Positions 11,312 through 22,082 of a DNA stretch of 64,000 bases are shown piece after piece. Numbering within the stretch: the stretch's first letter is position 1; the number at the start of each line of letters is the position of its first letter. Source of the stretch: Epithemia pelagica (Eukaryota; Protista; Bacillariophyta); NCBI GenBank assembly GCA_946965045.2, contig OX337231.1, forward strand, positions 3,224,001 to 3,288,000, given 5' to 3'. The position numbers were made by a program, and so were the translations under genes. The notes beneath the pieces are model-generated. The model was given only the letters and a program-made list of their open reading frames with translations. It did no database searches and was not told the DNA's origin.

Positions 11312-12059
11312 CTATACTATTGAATTAACCGTTCATTCTCGCCGTCAAAGCTACATGGAAAGTTGTTTCTTGGTCGATGATGCTCTTGCTCTTTTTTCAT
11401 ACAGGAGAGTATTTCAGGAGCACGCAGTGTGAGTCGATATTTCCTTCTAGCTTCAGGGAGACCAATTGGACTTCGTGTACACGAGAAGAAGACTTTGATG
11501 CAAAATTTGTTTATGATAAGCTCTGGAATCATTTTCAAAATTGTTGTGTCATGACGCCGTCCTCAATGCGATTGCAAAATTGCTTTGACTTTTGTTCAAG
11601 GATAGTTTTAATAGTTTAGCCCCATGAAAATAGCACTATTGGGTTTCGTTACACCAAAGGATACCAACGTACCCAGCACAGTGTTACTTGAATATGCAAT
11701 CAACTGGAAAGAGTTCATTGTTGATGGAGAATTTCTATGGATAAATCGTCAGCAGGGCGCTCCTGAAAAGTAAGGAGACCATAGAGAGCAGGAGTTCAGA
11801 GCACGACCTCCATGACAACTTACCTGATAATGTGATTTCTTGTTTTTCTTAAGCGGAAATCGTACTTGACTTCGCTTCGATCTTGATGCCTCACTGAAAG
11901 CACCCATCGATGTTGTTGTGAGTAAGAAACATTGGATACAAGTTTAGGTCACATAATAGCAATGCTGCGAGTATCCTTCTGTCGTCCTTTCCCGCTTAAC
12001 GGAAAAGAAAGTTCGTCGCGTTGAATCTGGGTGCAGAAGTCGAGCACGAAACCACATTC

Positions 12060-13034
12060 TTAGAAGACACCAAAATATTTCCGCGCCTCTGCCGCCTCGT
12101 CATCGTCCATTTCATCAACACGAAGGTCGTCTACACGATCCAACTGATCATGATCTTTTCTTGAAGGTTTCTCACGACGGAAGGCATCAGATAACCTCTC
12201 TTTTAACTCGTCTGTATCAGGGAAGCGTCCTTCACTAAACCGATCCCATAACACGGATGATAACTCAGGAGATTGAGTGACCACAACCTGGTAAGCCCCA
12301 CCTTTGTTTGGTGGTCGACTGGGAATCAGAGTCAATGAGTTTATTTTCTCGTCGAAGGAAGACATGAGCTCTTGTCCGTGGTAAGCAGCTCTCAATAACC
12401 AGCGGCACCCGACGCAGTAAGTAATTGCAACATTGGGCGTCGAAAGAAACTGAGCACCATTCAACTGTACCCCATCAAGTACGCCTGTATGTCTTGAAAC
12501 ATTCGAACTCAAATCGATCACAGTTTCTTGGCTGGTGGTACTCTCAGTCTTCTTTGATTGATTCTGTAGCGTGTCGCTGTGGCCAAGATATAAATCAGGA
12601 TTAATTTTATCTCGGAGACGCTGTTTGAGATCCTTTGCCTCAGGGAAGGACCCTTCCTTCTCGCGATCCCACAGCAAGGAGAACGAACCATCACCATTGT
12701 TGGTTTTAACGACAAAAACTCCAGTGGGGCTCGATGGAGATCGAATAGGAACCACGGTCACATCGCGCAACAGTGCCTCTGAAGAAAAGGTTGTAAGGAT
12801 CTCTTGTGCAAGCCAGAAACTTCGTAATCGCCACTGTGAACTAGCACAGTACTCGATGCTGAGGTGATAAATCTCAGATAAATCCGGGGGAACAGGCTGG
12901 TCGCACAGACGAGTTTGGGGAGAGAAACTCTTAATCGAAGGTGATCTAAGCAAAAAGAAAGCGTTTGTCGTCTGCCACAACAGGCTGATGCCGAAAAGGC
13001 ACTGTGTCGGAATCCAGAGCGCTGAGATCGTCAT
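12060..13034 (-). CDS. Tandem Rdx (SelT/SelW/SelH-type) thioredoxin-fold protein, plastid-type presequence
   Basis: Two repeats of the I.YC..xW.LR...EL..F and W.R...G.FP...ELK..L pattern: EYCASSQW and TYCVGCRW; signal peptide ending TNA-FFL. Confidence 0.85.
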   Translation of the reverse strand: MTISALWIPTQCLFGISLLWQTTNAFFLLRSPSIKSFSPQTRLCDQPVPPDLSEIYHLSIEYCASSQWRLRSFWLAQEILTTFSSEALLRDVTVVPIRSPSSPTGVFVVKTNNGDGSFSLLWDREKEGSFPEAKDLKQRLRDKINPDLYLGHSDTLQNQSKKTESTTSQETVIDLSSNVSRHTGVLDGVQLNGAQFLSTPNVAITYCVGCRWLLRAAYHGQELMSSFDEKINSLTLIPSRPPNKGGAYQVVVTQSPELSSVLWDRFSEGRFPDTDELKERLSDAFRREKPSRKDHDQLDRVDDLRVDEMDDDEAAEARKYFGVF

Positions 13035-13361
13035 TGCTGAAATTTTGATGTCCTTCGTCCTTCATGGCGCCACATGAAAAAATAAAAATAGGAGTAAGAG
13101 AATTTTCTATGTCAACTACCTACCTAGAGGCAGAGGTGGACCCTTGAATGCGCAGTTTATGGCCTTACCATTTACACCTTCTACTCCTAACAAAAAGAAA
13201 ACTTGACTTTGAAGAAAACGATGATTGTATTTAGGTCGGGCCAAACTCACAAAAATGCTTACACATCATTTCCAACCATGAACATAGGGTCAAAGCAAAT
13301 GCACGTCCCTTGATTCGTTCAGTTTTTGTCAGGGATTGATTGACTTCTGACATGAACTTCA

Positions 13362-14900
13362 CTAGTGGCTCTTGCGTTGCCGTTTTCTTTTGCCTTTAAT
13401 CACGAACAGTGCACGCATCCCAAGAAGGAGAAAGGCCGCACTCAGCGTCAGTGGCAACAGGAAAAGCATTTCACCTTCCTCAGTCCATGCTGGCGGATTT
13501 GTCCCCGCCCCGCTGTTTATCTTTGACGGATCCGTCATTGTGAGTTGAATGCAATGAGAAAGCCCCATGAACACCCCTTCAACTTCAGACGATCGTGGCA
13601 CGAGTTGAGTTGTACGGTTGAAGCACACGGCCCATTCCTGTTTTAAAACTGCTGTGTTGTTTTGTATGACCTCCACGAGATGATCCACAATGATTTGTCG
13701 TCGAATACTAGTGCCGTTGCTACTTTCGTCAGTTGACTTTTGCTTCTGCATATGGATGGCAGCCCATTCGTTCAAGGGCAAGAGACCACGTACAAATATA
13801 GTTCGCGCTCGGGTCTCGTCCCGTTGCAGCAGGGCCACTTGGATCCACCAGAGCAAATTCTCGAGCGCGGTTTCAGTAACATTGTACATCGGAGCGGCTT
13901 CGCCAACGTCGTAACCACAATTTCTATACACATCGCCTCGCAAAGATATCGTATCTGGGGCTTGACGGGCTAAGCAAACAATCGAGTCCAACCAGGTTTT
14001 CAAGGATGCTTTCTTCTCCAGGACCGGACCAGAACTATCAACTCTCATCGATAGCATGTTAAGTGGAGTATCGCTGCGACGTCGAATCCCATCCAGCCAA
14101 CGCCAGAGTTCTTTTTGGCGCAGCAGCGTCGAAGAAGATTCTGACGACGCTGCAAGCTTCACATGCTCGACCGTTAGACCCGTGGCTCCCAAAGAAAGTC
14201 CCATACAAACGGCATATAAAAAGGGTACACGGTCTCGGAGTGAAAAATCATTTTCTTCGCGGATCCTTTTTCGAAGCAACCCTTCAGAGGCTAACTCTGG
14301 GGCAACGCGGACAAACTTCTGAAGCAGCGGTAACGGTGCCACCAGCGTAGACGGCAGGGCCGCGGCATAACCTAATTCATACCAGGCATCCATGACACCA
14401 AGAACGCGTTGAAAAGCGTATCCAAAGGCATGTTCATGGCCATCATAAGATACCTCCTCGCCGTCCATGAGCCACATTTTGAGGGCGCGGGGTGATTGCG
14501 CCTTTTTTTCCAACATGAGATCAAGCAATCGGTCCAAAGGCGACCAATCAAATGTGGTATTGCAATAATACCAATCTGTATCATCAGGAATATAGGGAAG
14601 AAAAATCTTGTCACTGTGAGTTCTATCCCTACTAATGTCCACCAAGAGATGCTTCTTTTCTGACTTCTCAACAGGTAAGTTCGGCAAAGGCATCGCGGAA
14701 TTCTCTCTCCGCTGAGCAATCCAGCTGAGTTGCTGAGTCCCATTGAGTTGTGCAAATAATCTTGTTTCTGCTATCAAACGAGGGTTCCATATAGCCTTGC
14801 GGCAAATTCCTTTTTCGTCATACCAGGGAGCTGGACGTTGATATATGCCGCCAGGGCTTCCCGGTATCGCTGGAAACCAGCCCGTTCCAAATTCTTCCAC
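13362..14900 (-). CDS. Hypothetical protein with C-terminal transmembrane helix; possibly the 3' exon of the HMG-box gene
   Basis: 512-codon ORF with TM LFLLPLTLSAAFLLLGMRALFVI then a basic tail; no family recognised. Confidence 0.6.
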   Translation of the reverse strand: MEEFGTGWFPAIPGSPGGIYQRPAPWYDEKGICRKAIWNPRLIAETRLFAQLNGTQQLSWIAQRRENSAMPLPNLPVEKSEKKHLLVDISRDRTHSDKIFLPYIPDDTDWYYCNTTFDWSPLDRLLDLMLEKKAQSPRALKMWLMDGEEVSYDGHEHAFGYAFQRVLGVMDAWYELGYAAALPSTLVAPLPLLQKFVRVAPELASEGLLRKRIREENDFSLRDRVPFLYAVCMGLSLGATGLTVEHVKLAASSESSSTLLRQKELWRWLDGIRRRSDTPLNMLSMRVDSSGPVLEKKASLKTWLDSIVCLARQAPDTISLRGDVYRNCGYDVGEAAPMYNVTETALENLLWWIQVALLQRDETRARTIFVRGLLPLNEWAAIHMQKQKSTDESSNGTSIRRQIIVDHLVEVIQNNTAVLKQEWAVCFNRTTQLVPRSSEVEGVFMGLSHCIQLTMTDPSKINSGAGTNPPAWTEEGEMLFLLPLTLSAAFLLLGMRALFVIKGKRKRQRKSH

Positions 14901-15067
14901 TTGTCTTTCTCAACTTGAGGCAAGGACTGGAACTGTGCCGAGACCTGTTTGAATCGTTCGTAGCTCAGCGGTGGCTCGTTGTTAGAGGTTTGTGCTTGTC
15001 GGTACAGTTCAAAGGCACGCAAGGGTGGTCGAGGTCGATCGGGGTCACTAGTGCAACGGTGGACCAT
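14774..15067 (-). CDS. HMG-box protein (single box)
   Basis: RPRPPLRAFELYRQ...FKQVSAQFQSLPQVEKDKWKNLERAGFQRYRE matches the HMG-box helix pattern. Confidence 0.75.
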   Translation of the reverse strand: MVHRCTSDPDRPRPPLRAFELYRQAQTSNNEPPLSYERFKQVSAQFQSLPQVEKDKWKNLERAGFQRYREALAAYINVQLPGMTKKEFAARLYGTLV

Positions 15068-15855
15068 GATTGCACGTGAAACAGCCGTGTCATCAGAAGA
15101 AAGGTAGCAACAGTATCAAGTACATTGCTTCGAACTTCTTCGAGTTCGAGGGTACCGTTTATCGTTCAAGACGTGGTTGAGTGGACCGAGGAAAAAGTGA
15201 GAAGAGGGCACGAAACATGTTTGCGCGACCAATAACGGGTAGATGAGGTAGATGAATAGCTTCACAACTCACAACCAATTCGAGCGAAGATAGATGTAGG
15301 AGTGCGGATAAGTCACGTGTCTTCCTCCTCCATCTCCAGATTGAACCATGTGGACATGTGTGAGGGATAAAAAACGAACAATCAAGTGCAAAACATGCTT
15401 TCTCAACGCTCGCCTCAATGGCCATTTTTAAATATCAAGTATATGGATTATAGACCTTGTCCCCACCCATGCCTGTGTCTCTGACAGTCGCGAAACCGAC
15501 TTCTACATGAAGGATCATTCAGGGAAATAATTATTTTTGGACGATAAATAGTGAACGTGAAGCTCCTGGAGAGTCAGTCACTTCGATAGCAGACTCAATC
15601 AGCATTAGTTCAGATAGACACGGGCGTGTGTCTTACCAGTAACAACAAAAACTTCGTCTTTGAACATGATTTTGAGGATCAGATTGGGGGCACTTTCAAG
15701 ATACTTCCAACGTGTCGACTGGGAAAGGTACGAAAGAGGGACCCAGAGGCTCCACAAACGGTGTGCTCATGATCGCCACCATTTAGCAAGATCAAACCCT
15801 TCCGTAAGGAATGTACATGATTGCTGTGTTGGTGAACAGTTTTAACCGACCGTCT

Positions 15856-17279
15856 TCACGATGAACCAACATCAAAAGGCAATTCATCATCGTCTTTATC
15901 TTCGCCTCGATATTTGATTCCCGCCTTTTGCAGCTTTTCTCGAAGCTGTGCCTTTTTCTTGCGAAGCATTCGATAAGCAAGTTTTAATCTCTCAAAAAGA
16001 CTATCCGCGTCCATGGCCTGCACACATAAGAAAAAGTTAGAATTCAAAGTAACCAGAATGACAAATATTTGCACCAACGATGCTGGATCACGGCCTTACC
16101 TGGATGCGGTAAGTGGCTTCCTCTGTGGCAACAAGCTCAGTACAAAAGGCAGCCCAACTGATGGCAGTCAATTCTCGAGGGGACAGGGTGTTTTCGTTTT
16201 GGCTGTTGGTGGACGAAACACGGTAGCCCTGGGTATCTGTGGACAGCGCTACTTCATAGGCACCCCGGAAACGTCCTAGACGATCGTCCAACTTATCGAC
16301 TTCGTCATCATCATCATCATCGTCTTCGTCCGTGTCAACGTCTTCTTCTTTTTCGCTCTCTTCGTCAATGATACTACTTTGTTCATCATCAGTCTTATAA
16401 AAACGTTCCTCCTGTTAGTCAGTCGTGAGACTTTTAAGTTCTTCATTACAAGCAACATCAGACACATGGAAACGTACCAGTTTGGCAATCTCAATTCTCT
16501 GTTCCATCTCCTTGTCCTCGGACTCACTGTTCTGCTTTGCCTGATTTAACCGATACTCCATACTCGACAGCAAAAGCATAGAATTTTCAATGTTGCCAGC
16601 CAACAAATTCGGCAGTTCCAGGTTCGGAGGAATGTCATCAGCTATTTCCATGCAAGTCGCTCTCAGATACGGTTCCTGCTGAGAAATTTCGAGCAGCTGC
16701 GCTCTGCCCACCGCAGCTATGGTGACAAATATGCCAAAACCTTCCATTGAATTGTATGCCTCAACCTCACAAAGCGGAACGGTTTGAATGACACCTGTAT
16801 AAAGATGGCCTCGTTGTGCGTGAGCTCGAAAACTTTCCGAACTTTGAGAAAACATTAATTGTTGACCTACCAGACTGAGCCATCAATCCCATTGCTACTA
16901 CACCATCATGATTGTCCATAACGTCACGAAAAAGCTTTATGAAACGATCTTCATAAAGACGAAGTTGCTTAGTTTCACCTTGAAGCAACACATCTTCGAA
17001 AGAAAAAGGCAGGACACATATTGACTTCGGAGGACCTCGACCTGAAGTATCCAAGCCAATCTGTGGTTCACTTCCGGGTAAACCAAAGTCGTGGTCTCGC
17101 CACTCCGCGATTCCCCATAGCTCTGTCCTTTGTCGAGAGTCGCCTTTCAAGGAAAGAGTTGAAGATCTTGGTTGAAGCCATGGTAGACGGTGTGAACGGA
17201 TGTGGATTGATTGTCCTGAGAAACCACAGGTGTAAGATAATGATTGAAAAAGTAGTATCAAAAGAAACAACATGACCAT
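15856..17279 (-). CDS. Lon N-terminal substrate-binding-domain protein, plastid-targeted, multi-exon
   Basis: ICVLPFSFEDVLLQGETKQLRLYEDRF and GRAQLLEISQQEPYLRA in successive ORFs separated by GT..AG gaps; signal peptide ending YTCG-FSG. Exact internal splice sites not all resolved. Confidence 0.75.
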
Positions 17280-17717
17280 TCGGGAAGAAGGTACTGGCGA
17301 TTTACTTCCTTCTGTCCCTATTACTCCTATGAGAATTGTTTCTAAAAGAGTGATGGACGAAGTGCCAAGTGCCAACTAACTGCGCCAACTCCACGCTCCC
17401 TGCCATGTCAGGTTTACCTTGACGGGTATTTTATCGTTAGTTTATTTGCCGGGTCTGATATTCGGGATATTTTCCGGTAAGTGCTCATCCTGTATTTTAG
17501 ACCACATAGATCAGGTAGTTTTAGGTAGGAGGAGAAAAACCCAAAACATTTTTTTGTGTCCCGTCCGATCCCAGTCCATTGTCCATTTGCATCAGTGTTT
17601 CGGTCTGTCTCTTGTCTGAATTAAACATCGAGAATCGAGACAGAAGAGCAATATAGAAAGTTGTTTGAGTTAAGAAGCAAAGCTCTGCCGTAGGACAGTG
17701 AGAATTTTTGAAGCAAC

Positions 17718-19193
17718 ATGGCATCAAATCACCCGGGCACTACAGATGTCTCATCACATGCAATGACCAACTCATCTGGTCACCCAAAGGTATCGCCTAA
17801 GGATTCTTCATTGGGTGACATGACCAAAGGAAAAGGGGGAGCATGCGATTCATCTTCCGCAACTCCTACAATTGATGAAGCCTTCTCTGCCATGGAGGCA
17901 ATGGTAAAAGATGGCCGCATCACGTCGGAGTACGAGAAGAAATGTATTAAAGTGCTACTTTCTGACCATGATGCATTGAAAGACAAGATCGGGAAGCTTA
18001 AATCTCTACTCGGGAGGTCCGCAAAAGCCCAGCGGGAGGCAAAAATTGAGTTGGAAACTACGCAGAAGAAGTATCAAGAAGCTTCTCTTGAAGTCGAAAG
18101 ATTGAGGGCCAAAGTCGATAAGCTTGCGACGCGTCCGACTCATATGGATCTTCTAGCTGACTTTGAAACAAACTTCGACAGAGCACTTTTGTCTGTGAAC
18201 CAACAAGCTGGAGGGGAGAGCACGGCGGCTCCGACCGTAGATTCTCAGGGTCGTGGAAGTATTGCACAGACTCCAGATTCGGACTCAGCAGTAGTCGATG
18301 ACTTGCTTATGCAAGAACTGCAGGAGTCCAAGAATCGAATTGAAAAACTTGAATCGCTCAATTCGGCACTACTTCATAGGTCTTCCCAGCTTGAGAGCGA
18401 AGTGAAAGACCGACGCAGAGAACGCGATGAACTACAAAGCCGAGTCACACACTTGGAGTTGGAGAAGCGCATGGCCGTAATGGAAGCGGAACATGCGACT
18501 AAAGCGATGGAAGAGAAATCCGCATCCCTGGCTGAAATGCAGATGGAAATTGATCTGGTTAGTAAGGCCAGTGTCAAAGCCCAACGTCGTGCAGCAAAAG
18601 AAGAAGAGCTCATCAAGTCGGTGAAGACGGACCAGAAACACGTGCAGCAGCTGGAATCACAGGTTCAGGCTCTTCAGGAATGGGCCACTGCAGCCGCAGA
18701 ATCGAAGACATTAGCGCAAGAGCGAGTTCGCCTTTTGGAAGCTCAAGTACGATCCCTTCAAGAGGGTGGCACTGCAGGGGATGCGGGTCGACAAAAAGTA
18801 CTGTGGGAAAAGAAAGGCTCTTTCGTGGTGGGAGCTGGTGATATTGGTGTACGCGTGTTTGAATGCGATAGTAACCTAGCCAACCTGTCGCAGCGCGTTA
18901 TCCTGCGATGGCAGTTTGATTTGACTGCTGATGATCTAAACGTGGACTTCTCGGCATTTCAGGGTCGCTGTGAGTCTAAGGATGACCGTAAGAAGGCGAT
19001 TGCCAACAATCGCGTTCTCATAGCAGACAGAGTTGTCAAGGGTGGCGCCGCTGGTGATTTGGACAACGCTTTCTTTTACCAAGACACATGTACTTTGGCA
19101 TGGTCGAACCTAAAGTCCTGGGTCAGACCTCGAACCGTACGGTATACTATTCAAGCTGTTGCCATTTCGATGAATGAAGTGATCCATGAATAG
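17718..19193 (+). CDS. Coiled-coil protein with C-terminal GOLD domain
   Basis: Long heptad-rich middle; VILRWQFDLTADDLNVDF...CTLAWSNLKSWVRPRTVRYTI fits the GOLD pattern. Confidence 0.7.
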   Translation: MASNHPGTTDVSSHAMTNSSGHPKVSPKDSSLGDMTKGKGGACDSSSATPTIDEAFSAMEAMVKDGRITSEYEKKCIKVLLSDHDALKDKIGKLKSLLGRSAKAQREAKIELETTQKKYQEASLEVERLRAKVDKLATRPTHMDLLADFETNFDRALLSVNQQAGGESTAAPTVDSQGRGSIAQTPDSDSAVVDDLLMQELQESKNRIEKLESLNSALLHRSSQLESEVKDRRRERDELQSRVTHLELEKRMAVMEAEHATKAMEEKSASLAEMQMEIDLVSKASVKAQRRAAKEEELIKSVKTDQKHVQQLESQVQALQEWATAAAESKTLAQERVRLLEAQVRSLQEGGTAGDAGRQKVLWEKKGSFVVGAGDIGVRVFECDSNLANLSQRVILRWQFDLTADDLNVDFSAFQGRCESKDDRKKAIANNRVLIADRVVKGGAAGDLDNAFFYQDTCTLAWSNLKSWVRPRTVRYTIQAVAISMNEVIHE

Positions 19194-19259
19194 ATGCTGT
19201 TCAAGTGCGCCCATGGAGGAAGATTAAAAGAGCAATTGTCGCTTTAAATTTTGTGTCAT

Positions 19260-19412
19260 GTTTAGGAAAGTGATTAGAGACATGTATGCGTGTGCAATGT
19301 AGAATGTGTAGTCGATTATTCACGTAGCTGAATTCTTTGTTTAGTGTTTAGGGAAGTGATTAAAGATATGTATGTGTGCGTGTGAAATGTGTGTAAACGA
19401 ATATTCAACGGT
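19260..19412. repeat. Diverged tandem duplication (about 86-bp period) between convergent genes
   Basis: GTTTAGG.AAGTGATTA.AGA.ATGTATG.GTG..TG...AATGTGT..CGA.TATTCA at 19260 and again at 19346. Confidence 0.75.
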
Positions 19413-19416
19413 GACT

Positions 19417-21512
19417 TTATACTCCAGACGGAATCGTTTGGAAAGGAAGCTTTTCACGGTTTTTCTCAGCACCGAGAATAGCATAGTCAATTGTTCGGGC
19501 CTTGAATTCGACTAGCATCATTTGGAATTCCTCAGCGGACACCACTTCTTGCTCAAGCAAGACACTTGTCAAGTGTTCAAGAAGCTCCCGGTTGTCAGAC
19601 AAGATTTGCTTGGCGATGAGGTAGGAGTTGTTCACAAGACGTTCCACTTCTTCCTCCACAGTACCCATAATTTTGTTACCCCATTGAGTAGGACGGCGCA
19701 TCATTCGCATTCCCATAAATGGACCTTGGCCTGATGGTTCAGAAATGGCGACACGGCCGACCTTGTCAGACATTCCCCATTCTTTGACCATACGCTTAGC
19801 AATGTTGGCAACTTGTTGAATATCGTTGGAAGCACCAGTTGTAACCATGTCCTCTCCGTAAATGATCTCTTCGGCAAGACGCCCACCCAAAGCGACGGCT
19901 AGCTGAGATTCCAAATATTGTCGGCTGTACATACCAGATTCAAGACGGGATTCCTGAGGAGCAAAGAAAGTCAAACCTCCAGCACCGTTTGATCGTGGAA
20001 TGATGGAGATCTTTTGAACTTGGTCGTAGTCAGGAACCAAAGCTCCAACAATAGCATGACCGGCTTCGTGGTAAGCAACCAATTCCTTTTGTTTCAATTG
20101 AGGATTGCCACCCTTCTTTTCCAATCCAACCATGATACGGTCAACAGCAGAATCAATTTCTTCCCATCCAATGGTGGTCTTCTGTTTACGAGCAGCGGAG
20201 ATGGCGGCTTCGTTCATGAGATTCTCAAGTTGAGCTCCAGAGAATCCAGGAGTACGGCGGGAAACAGCTTCGAGATCGACATCAGGTTCCAAGGGCTTTC
20301 CTCGAGAGTGAACTCCCAAGATTCTGGTTCGACCCTTGAAATCAGGAAGATCAACTGTCACCTTACGATCGAACCGTCCAGGACGCAACAAGGCTTGGTC
20401 AAGAATGTCCACACGATTCGTGGCAGCGATGGTGATAATTCCTGGGTTTCCATCAAAACCGTCCATTTCAACAAGGATTTGATTCACAGTTTGTTCACGT
20501 TCGTCGTTACCTCCAGCGTAACCAGCACCACGTTGACGACCGACGGCATCGATCTCATCAATAAAGATAATGCACGGGGCGTTCTTCTTTGCTTGTCCGA
20601 AAATGTCACGAACACGAGACGCACCAACACCGACAAACATCTCTACAAATTCACTACCACTGATACTGATGAAAGGAACACCGGCTTCTCCAGCAACGGC
20701 CTTGGCCAAAAGAGTCTTACCCGTTCCTGGAGGTCCGTCAAGAATCACACCGCGCGGGATACGGCAACCATTCTTGGTGTAGGCTTCTGGTTTCTTCAAG
20801 AAATCGACCACTTCGGCCAATTCCAATTTGGCACCGTCGCAACCGGCAACATCGTCAAAGGTAACGCCCGTGTCTGGAACCATTTGGATTTGGGCCTTGG
20901 ACTTACCAAATCCCATTGGGTTTCCTGGTCCACCCATGCCACCGCCCATGGGGCCGCCCGCACGTCTGCTCAAGAAGAATAGACCGGCAAAAAGAATGGC
21001 TGGGAAAATGAGGGACTGGGCCAACTCGCCAAGTCCACTTGCTTGTTGGGCGGGGAGCACAGTGACATCAACCTGCAATACGAAGGGAACAAACGATCAG
21101 TATTTGGACGGCTCAGGAAACTCGAGTGGCGCGAAACATGTCATACCTTGTGGTTGGTGAGCTGTGTCAACAGATCAGGATCGTTGGGGAGAGCTTCAAT
21201 CTTCACACGAACACCATCCACATCGACACCCAACAATTGAGTCCCATCGGAGCTGAAGGTGACCTTCTCGATACGATCTCCATTGACCAATTTCAAAAAG
21301 TCAGAGTAACGGACATCAGATGGTTGGCCGTAAGAGTTTTGTTGAATGACTGGGAGATCACTGCTCGCCGGAACAGGGGCGGCGGGGGGCATATCCGCCA
21401 TGAATCGACGAGAACCATTGCGTTGCGTCCGGTAGAGCGGGCTTTGTGGGACGAAAGCACTGGCTTGGTCGGCAAGTACAAGTGCCGCGAGAAAGGAGGA
21501 TGTGAACTTCAT
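19417..21512 (-). CDS. ftsH: Plastid ATP-dependent zinc metalloprotease FtsH; intron 21073-21146
   Basis: Presequence QASA-FVP, Walker [20 protein letters not shown], zinc site HEAGH; splice HK|VDV is in frame. Confidence 0.97.
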
Positions 21513-21881
21513 TGTTAAGAACTGTCAAGTAGAGATTATGAGAAGAGACAGGTCTCTACCAAACTTGCAATCGATGAGCTGCACCGTGTGTTGTGGTGAA
21601 GCAGTCAGAATTGCATAGAATGACACAGAGTGCCGTGTATGTTTCTCGCTTGCTTGGCGAGATCAACTCAAAATCTTGTGCAGAGAGGATACGCCGCACC
21701 CGCACTGTCATTTGACTGACTCACCATGTCAAAATGTGTTCTGTTTTGAAGTTGCGCCCGCCACGCACGCACGACAGACATAAAAGGGACTGAAAAAATG
21801 AACCTATCATCAGCAGCCCCCTCCGTGTCGCGTTTCCCGCAAGATACGCCTAGGAGTGGATAGTGGATACCTCTTCATAGC

Positions 21882-21895
21882 TACTCCTAGGAGTA
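21882..21895. promoter_or_regulatory. Perfect palindrome TACTCCTAGGAGTA, full form of a recurrent intergenic motif
   Basis: 14-bp self-complementary site upstream of ftsH; half-sites at many other intergenic positions (see findings). Function inferred only. Confidence 0.4.
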
Positions 21896-22082
21896 CTGCT
21901 TGTCTTGCAAGGTAGTCATAACTATCATGCCAAGTACTCCTAAGAATTTGTTGGCTCTTAGAATAGGGAAGAGCTTTTGATCAGCAACCCTGCTGCAATC
22001 GAAGCTTCGGATTCTCTTGCTCGAAAGGGGACACGAACACAGGCATCAATTTGCAACAACATTCAGAGCCACATCCTACGGT

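Noticed and set aside
11317-11915. Possible small spliced gene on the minus strand (61-nt GT-AG at 11763-11823)
   Set aside because: The spliced product is only about 43 aa with no recognisable motif; not supportable without RNA data.
12818-12860. Selenocysteine in the Rdx active sites
   Set aside because: Codons read Cys-Ala-Ser-Ser and Cys-Val-Gly-Cys with no in-frame TGA.
20014-20982. 322-aa antisense ORF
   Set aside because: Shadow of the ftsH coding strand; the same applies to 59231-59962 (gnd), 30941-31597 (kinase) and 8598-9122 (GlyRS).
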